From IMG/VR virus record IMGVR_UViG_3300005527_000060: a stretch of DNA of 64,000 nt; one strand, written 5' to 3'. A program made the position numbers and the translations under genes. This stretch comes from a virus. Below are positions 39,358 through 49,468 of this stretch, piece after piece (within the stretch, counting starts at the first letter, position 1; each line of letters begins with the position of its first letter). The notes beneath the pieces were generated by a model. It was given only the letters and a program-made list of their open reading frames with translations. It was not told the origin of the DNA and ran no database searches.

Positions 39358-40637
39358 TATGATAGGCTATTAATTATACTACTCTTTAACTTCATTCTTT
39401 CTTTTAAGAAAGGTAGATGAAAAATGGTGTCAACTAAGCATGTATACTTAGCTATATCACTCTTATTACTAATAATTAAATCCCACGTATCAGCAACTAA
39501 AACATTAGCATTTATTGATTTAAATTTGGTGTTTCCAAGTTTATTTATAACTTTTGCTAAGTTATTTAGAGGTTCATATACATACATAGATCTTTGACTA
39601 TTAGGCGCTGCAACCTTTTCAACTTGACCTTTACTTAAAGCTTCTTGATATTTAATAACTTCTTTTCCAATCTCCTGATAGAGAGTAGATAAGACAGTAC
39701 TAATAGCTTCATTATCAGAACTAATAATAGTTGCATAGTCAAAACTATCATTACAATTTTGTATTAAAGTCTCAGTTGATGGAATATTCAAAGTTCCCTT
39801 CAGTGATTTCATAAACATAGGTGTAATTTCTTTACCTACTAAACCACTTACAGCACTACTAAAAACACCAATATAATCATCACTTAAGACATTACTTTGT
39901 TGTCTATACAGCATATGACTAACACCCTCCCAAGTTCTAGGAGAGGGTCTAATAGAATTAGAAGAACTATTAGCTGAATAAAAACCTAATAAATCTTTAG
40001 GTAATTGGTTTTCTTGTATATATTCTTCATCATTAGTAATTGCATACTTTCTAGCTTCAAGAAAGGCATAAACAGATGGATGAAACTTTTGTTTAGCATG
40101 TATTAGAAATTCATTAGCATCTAATCTAACATTTAAAACACAACATCTATTAAGAATAGCAGAGCTAATATTATAAACATTAGCTCTGTCATTCTGTCTA
40201 TTAGTTGCACCAATAATAAGAAATTTTTCTACTGGAAGATCATAGTTACCTAGTTTTCTATCCCCCAGGATTTGTTGGAGAACCATCATCTCCTGTGGTG
40301 AAGCATTACCAAAGTCGTCTAAAAACAGGATTGATTTATTCTTAGAATCCATTGCTTCTGAGAACCATTCTGCTGGATAATGGGTGCATCTATTTCTATC
40401 AGAGTCAATAAAATCAACTCCATAAATATTTGATCTTGTAATCAATCCACCTGTAAATGCAAAGACTTTGTAACCTTTTTGTTCTCCATATTGATAAACC
40501 ATTGCAGACTTACCATAACCAGGAGCAGACTGAAGTAACAAACTTCTTTTAGTTACTTCCATAAACTCTATAGCTTTAGGAACTTGTCCCAAGGTAATAG
40601 AACCACCATTAAAATTTAACAGATTATTTGATGCCAT
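39357..40637 (-). CDS. MoxR-like AAA+ ATPase
   Basis: Walker A LQSAPGYGKSAMV, Walker B ILFLDDFGNA. Paired with VWA protein. Confidence 0.55.
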   Translation of the reverse strand: MASNNLLNFNGGSITLGQVPKAIEFMEVTKRSLLLQSAPGYGKSAMVYQYGEQKGYKVFAFTGGLITRSNIYGVDFIDSDRNRCTHYPAEWFSEAMDSKNKSILFLDDFGNASPQEMMVLQQILGDRKLGNYDLPVEKFLIIGATNRQNDRANVYNISSAILNRCCVLNVRLDANEFLIHAKQKFHPSVYAFLEARKYAITNDEEYIQENQLPKDLLGFYSANSSSNSIRPSPRTWEGVSHMLYRQQSNVLSDDYIGVFSSAVSGLVGKEITPMFMKSLKGTLNIPSTETLIQNCNDSFDYATIISSDNEAISTVLSTLYQEIGKEVIKYQEALSKGQVEKVAAPNSQRSMYVYEPLNNLAKVINKLGNTKFKSINANVLVADTWDLIISNKSDIAKYTCLVDTIFHLPFLKERMKLKSSIINSLS

Positions 40638-40638
40638 A

Positions 40639-41184
40639 TTATATTATTGAAAAACTATCTTGAATTTGTTGTTTAGCATCTACTATAAGTAGATCTAAGT
40701 AATTTATATATTTAAAAAATATTAAAAGAGATTTTTGCCCTTTTAACTTCCAGGAACCTGTCTCATAATATATAAGATCATCCTTAATTAAATCATCTAA
40801 AGATATATCAAACATAATTAAAAGCTCAGATAAAATAATATCTTTTATCAATACTTTATCAGGTAAGTTATAGTTTATAAGAGTATAATAAAACTTTAAA
40901 TATTTTGTAAGTCTGCCTACTATTTCTAAAAATAGTAAAGACACTTCTTCTTTTGTATAAAGGGTTGTTTTATTTATATTCTTATAAGACAGACATAAAG
41001 AATTGAATAGATAAAATTCTTGAACTGACTTTTCCAAATCTAACCTACTTCCATTTTTTCCATATAATGTTATAGGCTCATTAATATCATAATGAGATTT
41101 TATAGTTTGTTTTATTGGTTTATATAGTTTAATTGGATATTCTCCACCTACTAACCTCAAACAATTATTCTGAAATACATTCAT
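40639..41184 (-). CDS. hypothetical protein
   Basis: 181-aa ORF. Confidence 0.35.
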   Translation of the reverse strand: MNVFQNNCLRLVGGEYPIKLYKPIKQTIKSHYDINEPITLYGKNGSRLDLEKSVQEFYLFNSLCLSYKNINKTTLYTKEEVSLLFLEIVGRLTKYLKFYYTLINYNLPDKVLIKDIILSELLIMFDISLDDLIKDDLIYYETGSWKLKGQKSLLIFFKYINYLDLLIVDAKQQIQDSFSII

Positions 41185-41197
41185 TAAAGCAGTTATG

Positions 41198-41773
41198 TTA
41201 TATTAAAAATGCAGTGCTTCTATTACTAATATGATCAGGCACTTTAACAATATTATTACTAATAATGTCAACTGCTTTATCTATATCAATTTTTCTAGTA
41301 TTTTGATTATCTTCCGTCCATAGATAATTACCTTCTTCACTAATACTAATAATACTATCTGCCCCCATAGAAAAATAATAACATTCAATATTAGGCTTTC
41401 CTTCTTTAGTTCTAGAGGTAACTGCAACTGGTTTGGTTGTATAAGATATGGCTAATACATATTCACTTTTTTTATGAGTTATATTATTAAATCTTTTATC
41501 CACAAATTTAAAGTTACTTAAGTTATCCATATCTGAGGGCATATCTTCAAGTTCTAACTCTAAGTATAGAGCAACTCTTTTCTTATGATTTTTATCTAAG
41601 TTATTAGATGGTAAATCATAATGAACTGTATCTTCCCCCACAAACCTATTAATTGCAAAGTGCAGTGTGATCATTTTCTTATTATCAACTACTTTAACAT
41701 ATGACCAACTTGTAAATACACCACATACATATGAATCTGAAACCTTATTAATACCCTTATTATTGTCTTGCAT
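41198..41773 (-). CDS. hypothetical protein
   Basis: 191-aa ORF. Confidence 0.35.
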   Translation of the reverse strand: MQDNNKGINKVSDSYVCGVFTSWSYVKVVDNKKMITLHFAINRFVGEDTVHYDLPSNNLDKNHKKRVALYLELELEDMPSDMDNLSNFKFVDKRFNNITHKKSEYVLAISYTTKPVAVTSRTKEGKPNIECYYFSMGADSIISISEEGNYLWTEDNQNTRKIDIDKAVDIISNNIVKVPDHISNRSTAFLI

Positions 41774-41868
41774 AAATAGCCTGAATACATTTTTTTATCT
41801 TAATTACATACTTAATATCCTATATATAATATTATTATTATTTCAACTTATAAAATTATTACAAATAT

Positions 41869-42594
41869 ATGGCTTCAAAGAAAATATCTCAATTACCTCC
41901 TGCATCTTCTGTAACTAATGCCAGTTTATTAGCAGTAGTTAATACAGTCTCAGGAGTTACAGAAAAAGCAACAGTAGATCAACTACCCATTGGTATTACA
42001 GTAGCTAACTTAGGAGGTGGCTCTACTATAGGCAGCATAACAGGAGCAGAGTTAAGATTAAAAACCCTACTTCCTGGAACAGCAACTACATTTACAGTTA
42101 ATTCAGATACTATAACTATTAATAATAATTTGAATATTACTAATGTAGGTTCTGGTGTTTCTTTACTTAATTCCTTTGCTAATCCTAATGTCGCCTTAAA
42201 GACAATAACAGGTAGTTCTGGAATAGTAGTAACTGATAACACCACTAGTATTAATATATCTTCTAGTGTTAATAGCTCTTTAGATTCTATAATTGGATCT
42301 ATTGAAATACCAACTGTAAAAGTATATGTATTAGAAAACTATATAACTAAAGCATATAATATTACTAAGTTATATTTAAATAATACTAGTGGTTCAGCAA
42401 CTGTTAGATTAGTTAAACAAGATGCTTTAGGAGCAACTTTAGCTAATAGTACAACATTCAACGTGTCAACTACTAGATCAACTAACATCATTAGTTCCTT
42501 TTCAACGGTAGTTGGAGAGCAGTTAGTTCTTGAAGTCTTATCAACATCAAGCTCTTTAAATCTAAACTTTACAATAGAAATAACTTATATTTAA
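41869..42594 (+). CDS. hypothetical structural/fibre-like protein
   Basis: 241 aa, S/T/N/G-rich plus-strand ORF. Confidence 0.4.
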   Translation: MASKKISQLPPASSVTNASLLAVVNTVSGVTEKATVDQLPIGITVANLGGGSTIGSITGAELRLKTLLPGTATTFTVNSDTITINNNLNITNVGSGVSLLNSFANPNVALKTITGSSGIVVTDNTTSINISSSVNSSLDSIIGSIEIPTVKVYVLENYITKAYNITKLYLNNTSGSATVRLVKQDALGATLANSTTFNVSTTRSTNIISSFSTVVGEQLVLEVLSTSSSLNLNFTIEITYI

Positions 42595-42857
42595 TATCTA
42601 ATATAGATTCTTTTTGGAAAGGCAAAATCAAAATAATCCAACAAATCAACTAAAAAAGGTTTATAATCATCAATTTTAATTTTGACTTGGCAGATTCCAG
42701 TTGAATTAGATTTTAAGAAGTCTAACATATGATGAGAGACGGTATTTCTCCAATTGGACTCAGTATTTATGTTTTCTTCTGAGACATAAATACTGAGTTT
42801 ATTTTTATCTTCATCTAAATGTATAAGAGGAATTTTATCTGACATTTGAATATCCAA
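42591..42857 (-). CDS. hypothetical small protein
   Basis: 88-aa ORF. Confidence 0.3.
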   Translation of the reverse strand: MDIQMSDKIPLIHLDEDKNKLSIYVSEENINTESNWRNTVSHHMLDFLKSNSTGICQVKIKIDDYKPFLVDLLDYFDFAFPKRIYIRY

Positions 42858-43125
42858 GAGGCATTTCTAAACTAGAACCTATATAAGTAATCTTTTCTTC
42901 TGGAGTTGATATAATAATAAACTCCTCAGAAATAAAATTATCATCTATCATATTATTATCATATCTAATGATTAAATAATCAATAAATACTTTTATAACT
43001 GTAGCAAAAACTAAATGAGCTGATTTAACTAATTGATCATTTAGTTTTAGCTCAGCAATTGCTATTCTATTGTTTGTTTGTACTGGTTTTCCCAATTTGT
43101 CTATAATCATTAAACAATTCCTCAC
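42835..43125 (-). CDS. hypothetical small protein
   Basis: 96-aa ORF. Confidence 0.3.
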   Translation of the reverse strand: MRNCLMIIDKLGKPVQTNNRIAIAELKLNDQLVKSAHLVFATVIKVFIDYLIIRYDNNMIDDNFISEEFIIISTPEEKITYIGSSLEMPLGYSNVR

Positions 43126-43411
43126 TTACATTAAAGTAATTTGCTAATAACCTCTTATGAGGAGTAATACCATTCAAACCACTAAGCATTTCATTTAGTT
43201 GTCTAGGTTTAATACCTAAATCATTTGAAATATCTTTTTGACTTTTGCCACTAATTTTTACCAACACTTGCAAATTATAACTACCAACAACAACCTGCCA
43301 GTGGGTTATATAAGTTTCAGCAGTCTTTACATCTTGTTTATTAAGATTACCTCTTAATAAATCCTTTCTCAGAGATTTGAACTCAACAACATTTCTAGGA
43401 TAATTAATCAT
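43067..43411 (-). CDS. hypothetical protein
   Basis: 114-aa ORF. Confidence 0.3.
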   Translation of the reverse strand: MINYPRNVVEFKSLRKDLLRGNLNKQDVKTAETYITHWQVVVGSYNLQVLVKISGKSQKDISNDLGIKPRQLNEMLSGLNGITPHKRLLANYFNVSEELFNDYRQIGKTSTNKQ

Positions 43412-43467
43412 AATTACATATTTTTTGTCATATTTTTATACTTAAAGTTTTCAAACTTAACACAAAC

Positions 43468-43824
43468 TTAATCCCAACTAAATATTATTAGCTCTAAATC
43501 AGCTACAAGCTCTTCAGTCTCTTTATAAGTATATAATTTAACGTTATTAATATAATCATTTAAATACTTTATTAATTTAATATATGTTGAATGAACTACA
43601 TCATAATTAACAGAAGTATATAGATTAAAGTTAACATCAATTGTTCTTCCACATACACTTACATCTTTTATAAAGGATAAATCATTTATAAATATACTTC
43701 TTCTATATTTATGTAGAGGGTTATCACTCTTTAAATAAAATAGAGGTTGTGTATTTATTAAGCTTTTTCTTGAATATAATTTATAAGCAAAAATATTATT
43801 CCCAACTAAATAAAGTAAATTCAA
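43468..43824 (-). CDS. hypothetical protein
   Basis: 118-aa ORF. Confidence 0.3.
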   Translation of the reverse strand: MNLLYLVGNNIFAYKLYSRKSLINTQPLFYLKSDNPLHKYRRSIFINDLSFIKDVSVCGRTIDVNFNLYTSVNYDVVHSTYIKLIKYLNDYINNVKLYTYKETEELVADLELIIFSWD

Positions 43825-43990
43825 ATAACTCTAAAATATATTTATTTAAATAGGGTATTAAAGATAAGTATATTTCTTTAAACTCCAAATATGATATCTT
43901 ACTATACTTAATAATATTGAATTGAACATCTTGTAGGCCAGAGATTCTAAAATCTTTAGACACTGCTATTGATGTAAATATTTTTACCAA
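43796..43990 (-). CDS. hypothetical small protein
   Basis: 64-aa ORF overlapping the previous gene by 29 nt; low confidence. Confidence 0.2.
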   Translation of the reverse strand: MVKIFTSIAVSKDFRISGLQDVQFNIIKYSKISYLEFKEIYLSLIPYLNKYILELFEFTLFSWE

Positions 43991-44100
43991 AAATCATAAT
44001 CTTGTACATATATTAAAAAAATAAGTCTGACGCACTAAGTTTAATATAACATTCTTCTTCATATTTTATTGATCTTTTATAAACTAGTATATTGTCCAAT

Positions 44101-44421
44101 TCATTTTAGCTTTGCAATAGCTCTTTTATTGTTATATAAATTCATTCTAGGAACAGCATCAATTTCTAACTGTTCTAGTATTAACAGTCTTTGTTTTGTT
44201 ATATTTCTCTCAGCCATTACTAAAACATTAAAACTAAAGTTAATTAGTCCATATTTGTTAAAGTCTGCTTGCAGTTTTTTATTAGAGTGTTTATTAATTA
44301 ATAAAGAGATTAAATGACTATTCCACCTAATCATCATATCAATAGAACTGCCAATATATTTTTTATTAGTAGGTATACAAGTAATACAATATATACCTAC
44401 TAATTTTATTCTTCTATTCAT
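44101..44421 (-). CDS. free-standing GIY-YIG nuclease-domain protein
   Basis: VGIYCITCIPTNKKYIGSSIDMMIRWNSHL contains GIY...YIG...R...H/N arrangement; 106 aa, TGA stop. Confidence 0.5.
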   Translation of the reverse strand: MNRRIKLVGIYCITCIPTNKKYIGSSIDMMIRWNSHLISLLINKHSNKKLQADFNKYGLINFSFNVLVMAERNITKQRLLILEQLEIDAVPRMNLYNNKRAIAKLK

Positions 44422-44477
44422 TGTTTATTAAGTTTGTATATAATATGTTTTATTAAAACACAAACTTAATATGTAGT

Positions 44478-45044
44478 CTATAAAGACTTAGCAACAGATG
44501 CTAATAACTTATTGTCATATTGATTGGGGTATGTTGTCTTAAAGTAATTCATGACATCTTTAATATTAGTTAAGTTATTATCTTTAATAATAGTTAACAT
44601 ATACTCTTTAGTAAAGGCTTTAGGAAGTAGGCTATTTAAATAGTCTAACTCTCTAATTAATGATTGAAGATTACTATTAGTTGGATTTAGAGACAGTATT
44701 TGTTCAAGGGTTAGTTGATTATAAGTATAAGATACTTGCACTTTTTCACCCTCCTCATTTACTTTATCTTCTGCTAAAGCAACTAAATCTCCAACATCTT
44801 TATCACTCTTACTAACAATAATTATTGCAGCCTTTCTTGCAACATTAAACCTTTGTTTAACCGTCTCCAAAAAGATATTCTCATCTATTGAAGTTATATC
44901 AATTAAACTACTTAAGCTTTTAGCTTTAGTTCTTAGAGAAGACAATAAAGATTGTTTAAATACAAACTCTTCATTGTCTTTAGTATTACTAGCTAATCTA
45001 ATTTGTTTTATAGATTCTAATAGTTGTTCAACTTGTTTAATCAT
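44478..45044 (-). CDS. hypothetical protein
   Basis: 188-aa ORF, TAG stop. Confidence 0.35.
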   Translation of the reverse strand: MIKQVEQLLESIKQIRLASNTKDNEEFVFKQSLLSSLRTKAKSLSSLIDITSIDENIFLETVKQRFNVARKAAIIIVSKSDKDVGDLVALAEDKVNEEGEKVQVSYTYNQLTLEQILSLNPTNSNLQSLIRELDYLNSLLPKAFTKEYMLTIIKDNNLTNIKDVMNYFKTTYPNQYDNKLLASVAKSL

Positions 45045-45838
45045 TATTTAGTTGTTGGTAGAGATGGAGCTTGAAGGATAATAGGAGTATTAGATGTTCT
45101 ATTACCAAACACAAAAGTGTTGCCATTCCACTTCTCAATTGCTTTTTGTTCTAGAATTTGTGGAGTTAAAGAATCAGACAAGATCTTATTTTGTTGAGCC
45201 AAGATCTTAGCAGTCTCAGCTTTAATAACTGCTGCTTCTTGTTCCTGTGTAGCAATAGCTTTAGCTTCAATTGAAGCCTGAACTTCTGGATCTAAAACAA
45301 TACCAGTAATTGCCAAATTCTGTAGATTAATAATAGCTTGATTAGCAAGAGAAACATTAATAAGTTCAATAATTTCTTGTGAAACTGCAGCCTGATTATT
45401 AATAATATGAGTCATTGAATACTTTGAGATTACTTGTTTCACGGCTGCTAGCAAATAAGGCTCAAGAGCTGTTGCATCAATATAAGCAGCATCTTTAGCA
45501 AGATCACCAGTAATAAGAAGGTTGTTCTTTACTGCAGTTGCAAGATGTGCAGGGTTTACATTATAAGTAGAAGTTGCTGTAATTGTGATTTTTTGACCAT
45601 CAGAACTTAAACCAGAAAAGCTTTCTGGTAGAGCTTTAATAGATACATCTACAGGCTTTGTAGCGGTAATAAAAGGCACTACAAAGTTTACACCAGGAAC
45701 AAGAATTTGAGGCTGAACCTCACCAAAAATATATTTTACATGCACAGTACCTTGTTGTACAGTAGCAACAGATCCAATTGCAGCAGCAATAACAACTAAA
45801 CCAGCAACACCCAAAGCAGAAAGAGTTAAATACTTCAT
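45044..45838 (-). CDS. SPFH/band-7 (prohibitin/HflC-like) membrane protein
   Basis: N-terminal TM helix (LSALGVAGLVVIAAAIGSV), then QQGTVHVKYIFGEVQPQILVPGVNFVVPFI (SPFH core), then Ala/Gln-rich coiled coil. Confidence 0.6.
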   Translation of the reverse strand: MKYLTLSALGVAGLVVIAAAIGSVATVQQGTVHVKYIFGEVQPQILVPGVNFVVPFITATKPVDVSIKALPESFSGLSSDGQKITITATSTYNVNPAHLATAVKNNLLITGDLAKDAAYIDATALEPYLLAAVKQVISKYSMTHIINNQAAVSQEIIELINVSLANQAIINLQNLAITGIVLDPEVQASIEAKAIATQEQEAAVIKAETAKILAQQNKILSDSLTPQILEQKAIEKWNGNTFVFGNRTSNTPIILQAPSLPTTK

Positions 45839-45868
45839 TTTTTTTATTTTTATAATTGATTAATTGTA

Positions 45869-46240
45869 TTACTTTAGATATAAGATACTAAAGTAATTAA
45901 TGAGTAAATGCATAGTTTGATCAGCAAGAATTAATAACCAGAAGCTTATATATTCTGGAGTACCCTGTGGATAAATTTCTTCTAATGATTGTGGATTAAA
46001 ACCACCAAATAAGTAGTTTTTAGCCTTAGTAACATAAACGGCCAATCTTAATCTATCAATGACAACATGTGTAAAAGCAATTACAAATAAAGCATTAGGA
46101 CTAGCTATAAATATAAAAGGAAGGCTATACATAATTCCATGATATACAGCCCACCAGTTAGATTTAGTTTTATTAATAGCCATATTATGACTTTGTAAAA
46201 CATAATCTCCAACTAAGTGAGCAAGAAGTTGTTCATACAT
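45869..46240 (-). CDS. hypothetical membrane protein
   Basis: 123 aa with hydrophobic segments. Confidence 0.35.
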   Translation of the reverse strand: MYEQLLAHLVGDYVLQSHNMAINKTKSNWWAVYHGIMYSLPFIFIASPNALFVIAFTHVVIDRLRLAVYVTKAKNYLFGGFNPQSLEEIYPQGTPEYISFWLLILADQTMHLLINYFSILYLK

Positions 46241-46245
46241 ATTTC

Positions 46246-46440
46246 TTATTTAATCTTTGATATTTTTTCTTGAAGAAGTTTAAAAAAGCTCTCATTGAGT
46301 ATAATATTAACAACATTATTTTCTTCACCAAAAGATAATGTAAAATCTTCTAAAGAATCATGTCTATCCGTGTTTTTTATTATTTCTAGCCTGTCAGCTT
46401 CAATTTCAATTATCTGAGAAGTTTTTGTTGTTGTTCTCAT
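46246..46440 (-). CDS. hypothetical small protein
   Basis: 64-aa ORF. Confidence 0.3.
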   Translation of the reverse strand: MRTTTKTSQIIEIEADRLEIIKNTDRHDSLEDFTLSFGEENNVVNIILNESFFKLLQEKISKIK

Positions 46441-46446
46441 ATATAT

Positions 46447-46647
46447 CTATTCATATAACCAACTAAAGGACCAAACAAGAACTATCAAGCCAGAAACAAA
46501 ATAAAGTAGAGATACAAGCTTTGCTGTCATAAATGGAGATAAACAAATTGCTGTTAATCCAACAATAAACCACATGCCAAAGCGTATTTGATTTAAAGTA
46601 AGACCATCAATAAAGTTAACAAGACGTTTAAGATGTCTTTTAATCAT
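46447..46647 (-). CDS. small membrane protein
   Basis: 66 aa, two predicted TM helices, TAG stop. Confidence 0.35.
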   Translation of the reverse strand: MIKRHLKRLVNFIDGLTLNQIRFGMWFIVGLTAICLSPFMTAKLVSLLYFVSGLIVLVWSFSWLYE

Positions 46648-46716
46648 AATAATCTATTCTCTTTTACTATTAAGGATACATATTTTTTAGAGTTAATTGA
46701 TTATGCTTATTCATGC

Positions 46717-46992
46717 TCAATTTTCCATTACAGACTTAATAATAGACATAATATCAAAGAAGTCATTATATTTAATAACCTCATTATTAATTATTTCAAA
46801 GTCATTATCATCTAACAATTCTTTATTACTTAAGGTATTAAATCTTATACTAATTAAGTTAAACTCTTGTAGTAATTTATAATAAACTTTATCAGTTAAC
46901 TTATATCTAAGTAAACCTGCAAGGTTAGAGTCTTTATGAAACTCTAACCACAGTTTACAACAAGTAACATACTTAATAAAACTATCATTCAT
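46717..46992 (-). CDS. hypothetical small protein
   Basis: 91-aa ORF fitting the minus-strand series. Confidence 0.3.
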   Translation of the reverse strand: MNDSFIKYVTCCKLWLEFHKDSNLAGLLRYKLTDKVYYKLLQEFNLISIRFNTLSNKELLDDNDFEIINNEVIKYNDFFDIMSIIKSVMEN

Positions 46993-47001
46993 TATTTATT
47001 A

Positions 47002-47307
47002 TTAGATCTTAATTTGACTGGGAGTAAATAGACTGCCTGAACAATAGTTAATAATAAGCACTGCGCCACTTGTATTTGTAACTTTAATTGGCACTCTATA
47101 AGTATGTCCACTACCACAGCCTAACCATTCTTTATCTAAAGTACTAACAAATGTTAGATTATAAGCAGTCACCTTAGTCTTTATCTCTTGTAATTGAGCT
47201 GATGTTAAAGGACTTGTTAGATCCTTATAAACTGAATGAACTGCAACAAAAGTAATAACAAGTGCTACTGCAATCCAGCCAGAAGCTTCTTTAATATCTT
47301 TCCACAT
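47002..47307 (-). CDS. hypothetical secreted/membrane-anchored protein
   Basis: 101 aa, N-terminal TM/signal-like (WIAVALVITFVAV). Confidence 0.35.
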   Translation of the reverse strand: MWKDIKEASGWIAVALVITFVAVHSVYKDLTSPLTSAQLQEIKTKVTAYNLTFVSTLDKEWLGCGSGHTYRVPIKVTNTSGAVLIINYCSGSLFTPSQIKI

Positions 47308-47309
47308 AT

Positions 47310-48077
47310 TTAATAATTGACAGCTAAGTACTGCTCAACATAGTTTTTATCTTTACTAAACTCAGGAATGTTATTATCAACAACCCACCTAGATCTATAA
47401 ACTGGTTTATCTCCAACATAACAATGAATGTAAGTTTCTTTGATAATACATCTACCTCTTTTATAACTAACAGGTAAATTATTCCAGTTATAGCCTTTCT
47501 CAAAGCACATATCTTGCACTTGAGACATATTCTTTCTATCTAGTTCATTATGACTATATAGAGTTTGTCCTAAAGCTTGGATGCTGTTTTTAATACAGTC
47601 TCTTTGTCTTGCAACAAAGTAATTATTAACCTCAGCTTCTGGATAGTTATTAAATCTGGAGTCAAACTTTGCAAACTTTTGGTTTTCAATTTTAGGTGTT
47701 TTATCACCCCAAATCTTCCAACTACTTAAGCAAAATCTACCACCAGCTTCACTTGCACTTTCGCTGAGCATTTTATTAAGGTTATAATTTCTCCAAGCTT
47801 GTGATTGAAGGTTTTTATAATCATGAAGAAAGACACTTATCTCATCAGATTGAATGTATATCAGTTGACAACCCTGCATTAACTTAGCTAAGAAAATGCC
47901 AGTTTCATCCATTACTTCCATAAATTCAGGACTGAACTTATCCTTTAACTCAGCAGTATAAGAACTAAAGGTAATTCCATCAAGCCTGCCAATAACAGGT
48001 ATTCTTCTTAATAAGTATTGAGTTTGTCTTTCCTCATAATTCTCTTTAAGACGCTTCATTATAGGACAATTAGACAT
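47310..48077 (-). CDS. Thg1-like protein (tRNA-His guanylyltransferase family, 3'-5' nucleotide addition)
   Basis: IPVIGRLDGITFSSYT (Thg1 VVRIDGKKFHEFS motif) and LIYIQSDEISVFL (Thg1 AFGESDEYSFIL motif); 255 aa. Confidence 0.65.
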   Translation of the reverse strand: MSNCPIMKRLKENYEERQTQYLLRRIPVIGRLDGITFSSYTAELKDKFSPEFMEVMDETGIFLAKLMQGCQLIYIQSDEISVFLHDYKNLQSQAWRNYNLNKMLSESASEAGGRFCLSSWKIWGDKTPKIENQKFAKFDSRFNNYPEAEVNNYFVARQRDCIKNSIQALGQTLYSHNELDRKNMSQVQDMCFEKGYNWNNLPVSYKRGRCIIKETYIHCYVGDKPVYRSRWVVDNNIPEFSKDKNYVEQYLAVNY

Positions 48078-48537
48078 AGTTTTTAACAGTATCTAAAATC
48101 AATGAAGCCTTCTTTAGATTGACCTCTTTTTCTTCTGGTGTTAAAGAGTCATAACATACACTAGCTCTGCTATTTTCTACAGGATTATTAGAACTTTCTC
48201 CAATATCTTCAGACCAAATGTTGTGACATACTGCGGCCAAATCAATCTTTAGCTCTGGATCATTTAAGGCATAAAGTTTATCTTCTAGCTCTTTAATGTA
48301 TTTGGAATCCTTGTAGGATGTCCAGCCATCTGTAACAATAATATAAAGTACAATAAAAAACCAAATTAAGCTTACTATGCTATATGTTACTGGATTTCTT
48401 GTAACTAGATACATAATAAACAAAGAAACTGTTTGAACCAGCCACAATAGATATACAACTTTAACATATCTATTATATGTTAGAAAGTCCATAATACTTG
48501 CAAGATTTCTCATCAACTTTCTTTTATTAAACATCAT
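48070..48537 (-). CDS. hypothetical membrane protein
   Basis: 155 aa with 2-3 TM helices. Confidence 0.35.
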   Translation of the reverse strand: MMFNKRKLMRNLASIMDFLTYNRYVKVVYLLWLVQTVSLFIMYLVTRNPVTYSIVSLIWFFIVLYIIVTDGWTSYKDSKYIKELEDKLYALNDPELKIDLAAVCHNIWSEDIGESSNNPVENSRASVCYDSLTPEEKEVNLKKASLILDTVKNYV

Positions 48538-48577
48538 AAAACTCCTATTTATTTTCTAATTTAAATCAAATCTATTT

Positions 48578-49162
48578 TTAAGGAAGGTGAACATTTGTAT
48601 TACAAGTAAAAGTATCACCCTGAGTTATAACTTCATCTAATATATTAGAAGTAATAAACTCTGCATTTTTTATAACGGTTTCTATATCTTCAGATTCTGT
48701 AAAATCTCCTAATACATAATCTAATATAGATGTGTCATTAAGAGGCTTTCCAATGCCAATCTTCAACCTATTAAAGCTTTCAGTTCCTAGCTCTTCAATG
48801 ATACTTTTAATACCATTATGACCGCCTGAACGTCCCTTCTCTCTAAATCTAATAGTACCTAAAGGAAGTGTTATATCATCATATATAACAAGTATATTAG
48901 ACGGATTAATCTTTAATTCTTTACAGATAGCTGAGACACATAACCCACTATTATTCATCATAGTAGTAGGTTTAGTTAATATAACTAGTTTAGTATAACC
49001 AACTCTAATAATACCTTCAAAGCGCTTATCAAAGAAATCTATAGAATGCCAAACACCATAGCTAGACATTAGTTGATCAATTACTTTATAGCCAACATTA
49101 TGTCTATTATTAATATATTGTTGGCCTGGATTACCCAGGCCAACAACCAAGTTTATTTTCAT
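48578..49162 (-). CDS. pth: peptidyl-tRNA hydrolase
   Basis: MKINLVVGLGNPGQQYINNRHNVGYKVIDQL matches the bacterial Pth N-terminal catalytic region (GLGNPG...RHN); 194 aa. Confidence 0.85.
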   Translation of the reverse strand: MKINLVVGLGNPGQQYINNRHNVGYKVIDQLMSSYGVWHSIDFFDKRFEGIIRVGYTKLVILTKPTTMMNNSGLCVSAICKELKINPSNILVIYDDITLPLGTIRFREKGRSGGHNGIKSIIEELGTESFNRLKIGIGKPLNDTSILDYVLGDFTESEDIETVIKNAEFITSNILDEVITQGDTFTCNTNVHLP

Positions 49163-49176
49163 TTGTTTATATAAAT

Positions 49177-49468
49177 TTAATCTTCTTCATCCTCTTCCCA
49201 GTCCCAATCATTCTGATCATCATATGTATTAGAACTAGATCTTACATTTTGATTTTCTTCAGAGATTTTAAATAAAACATCCTTTAATTCTCCCTCAGCA
49301 AACTTATACTCTGAAATAGGTATATACTTACAGACTCTTAGCTTACTATTATTATAATCTCTAGGAATAGCCACAATGTCTTGTGGATCAACTTCAACTA
49401 GAATAATTGCATCTCTTTCAGAAACAGCATTACCATAATGAGGTATATAGCCCCAACAACAAACATGT
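49177..49468 (-). CDS. exon 2 of an intron-split hypothetical gene (exon 1 = 50584..51159)
   Basis: Supplied ORF 49177..49374 extends in-frame upstream to 49468 (..HVCCWGYIPHYGNAVSERDAIILVEVDPQDIV|AIPRDYNN..) without any start codon. Begins right after the intron 3' motif GATAACAAAATTG. Confidence 0.5.
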
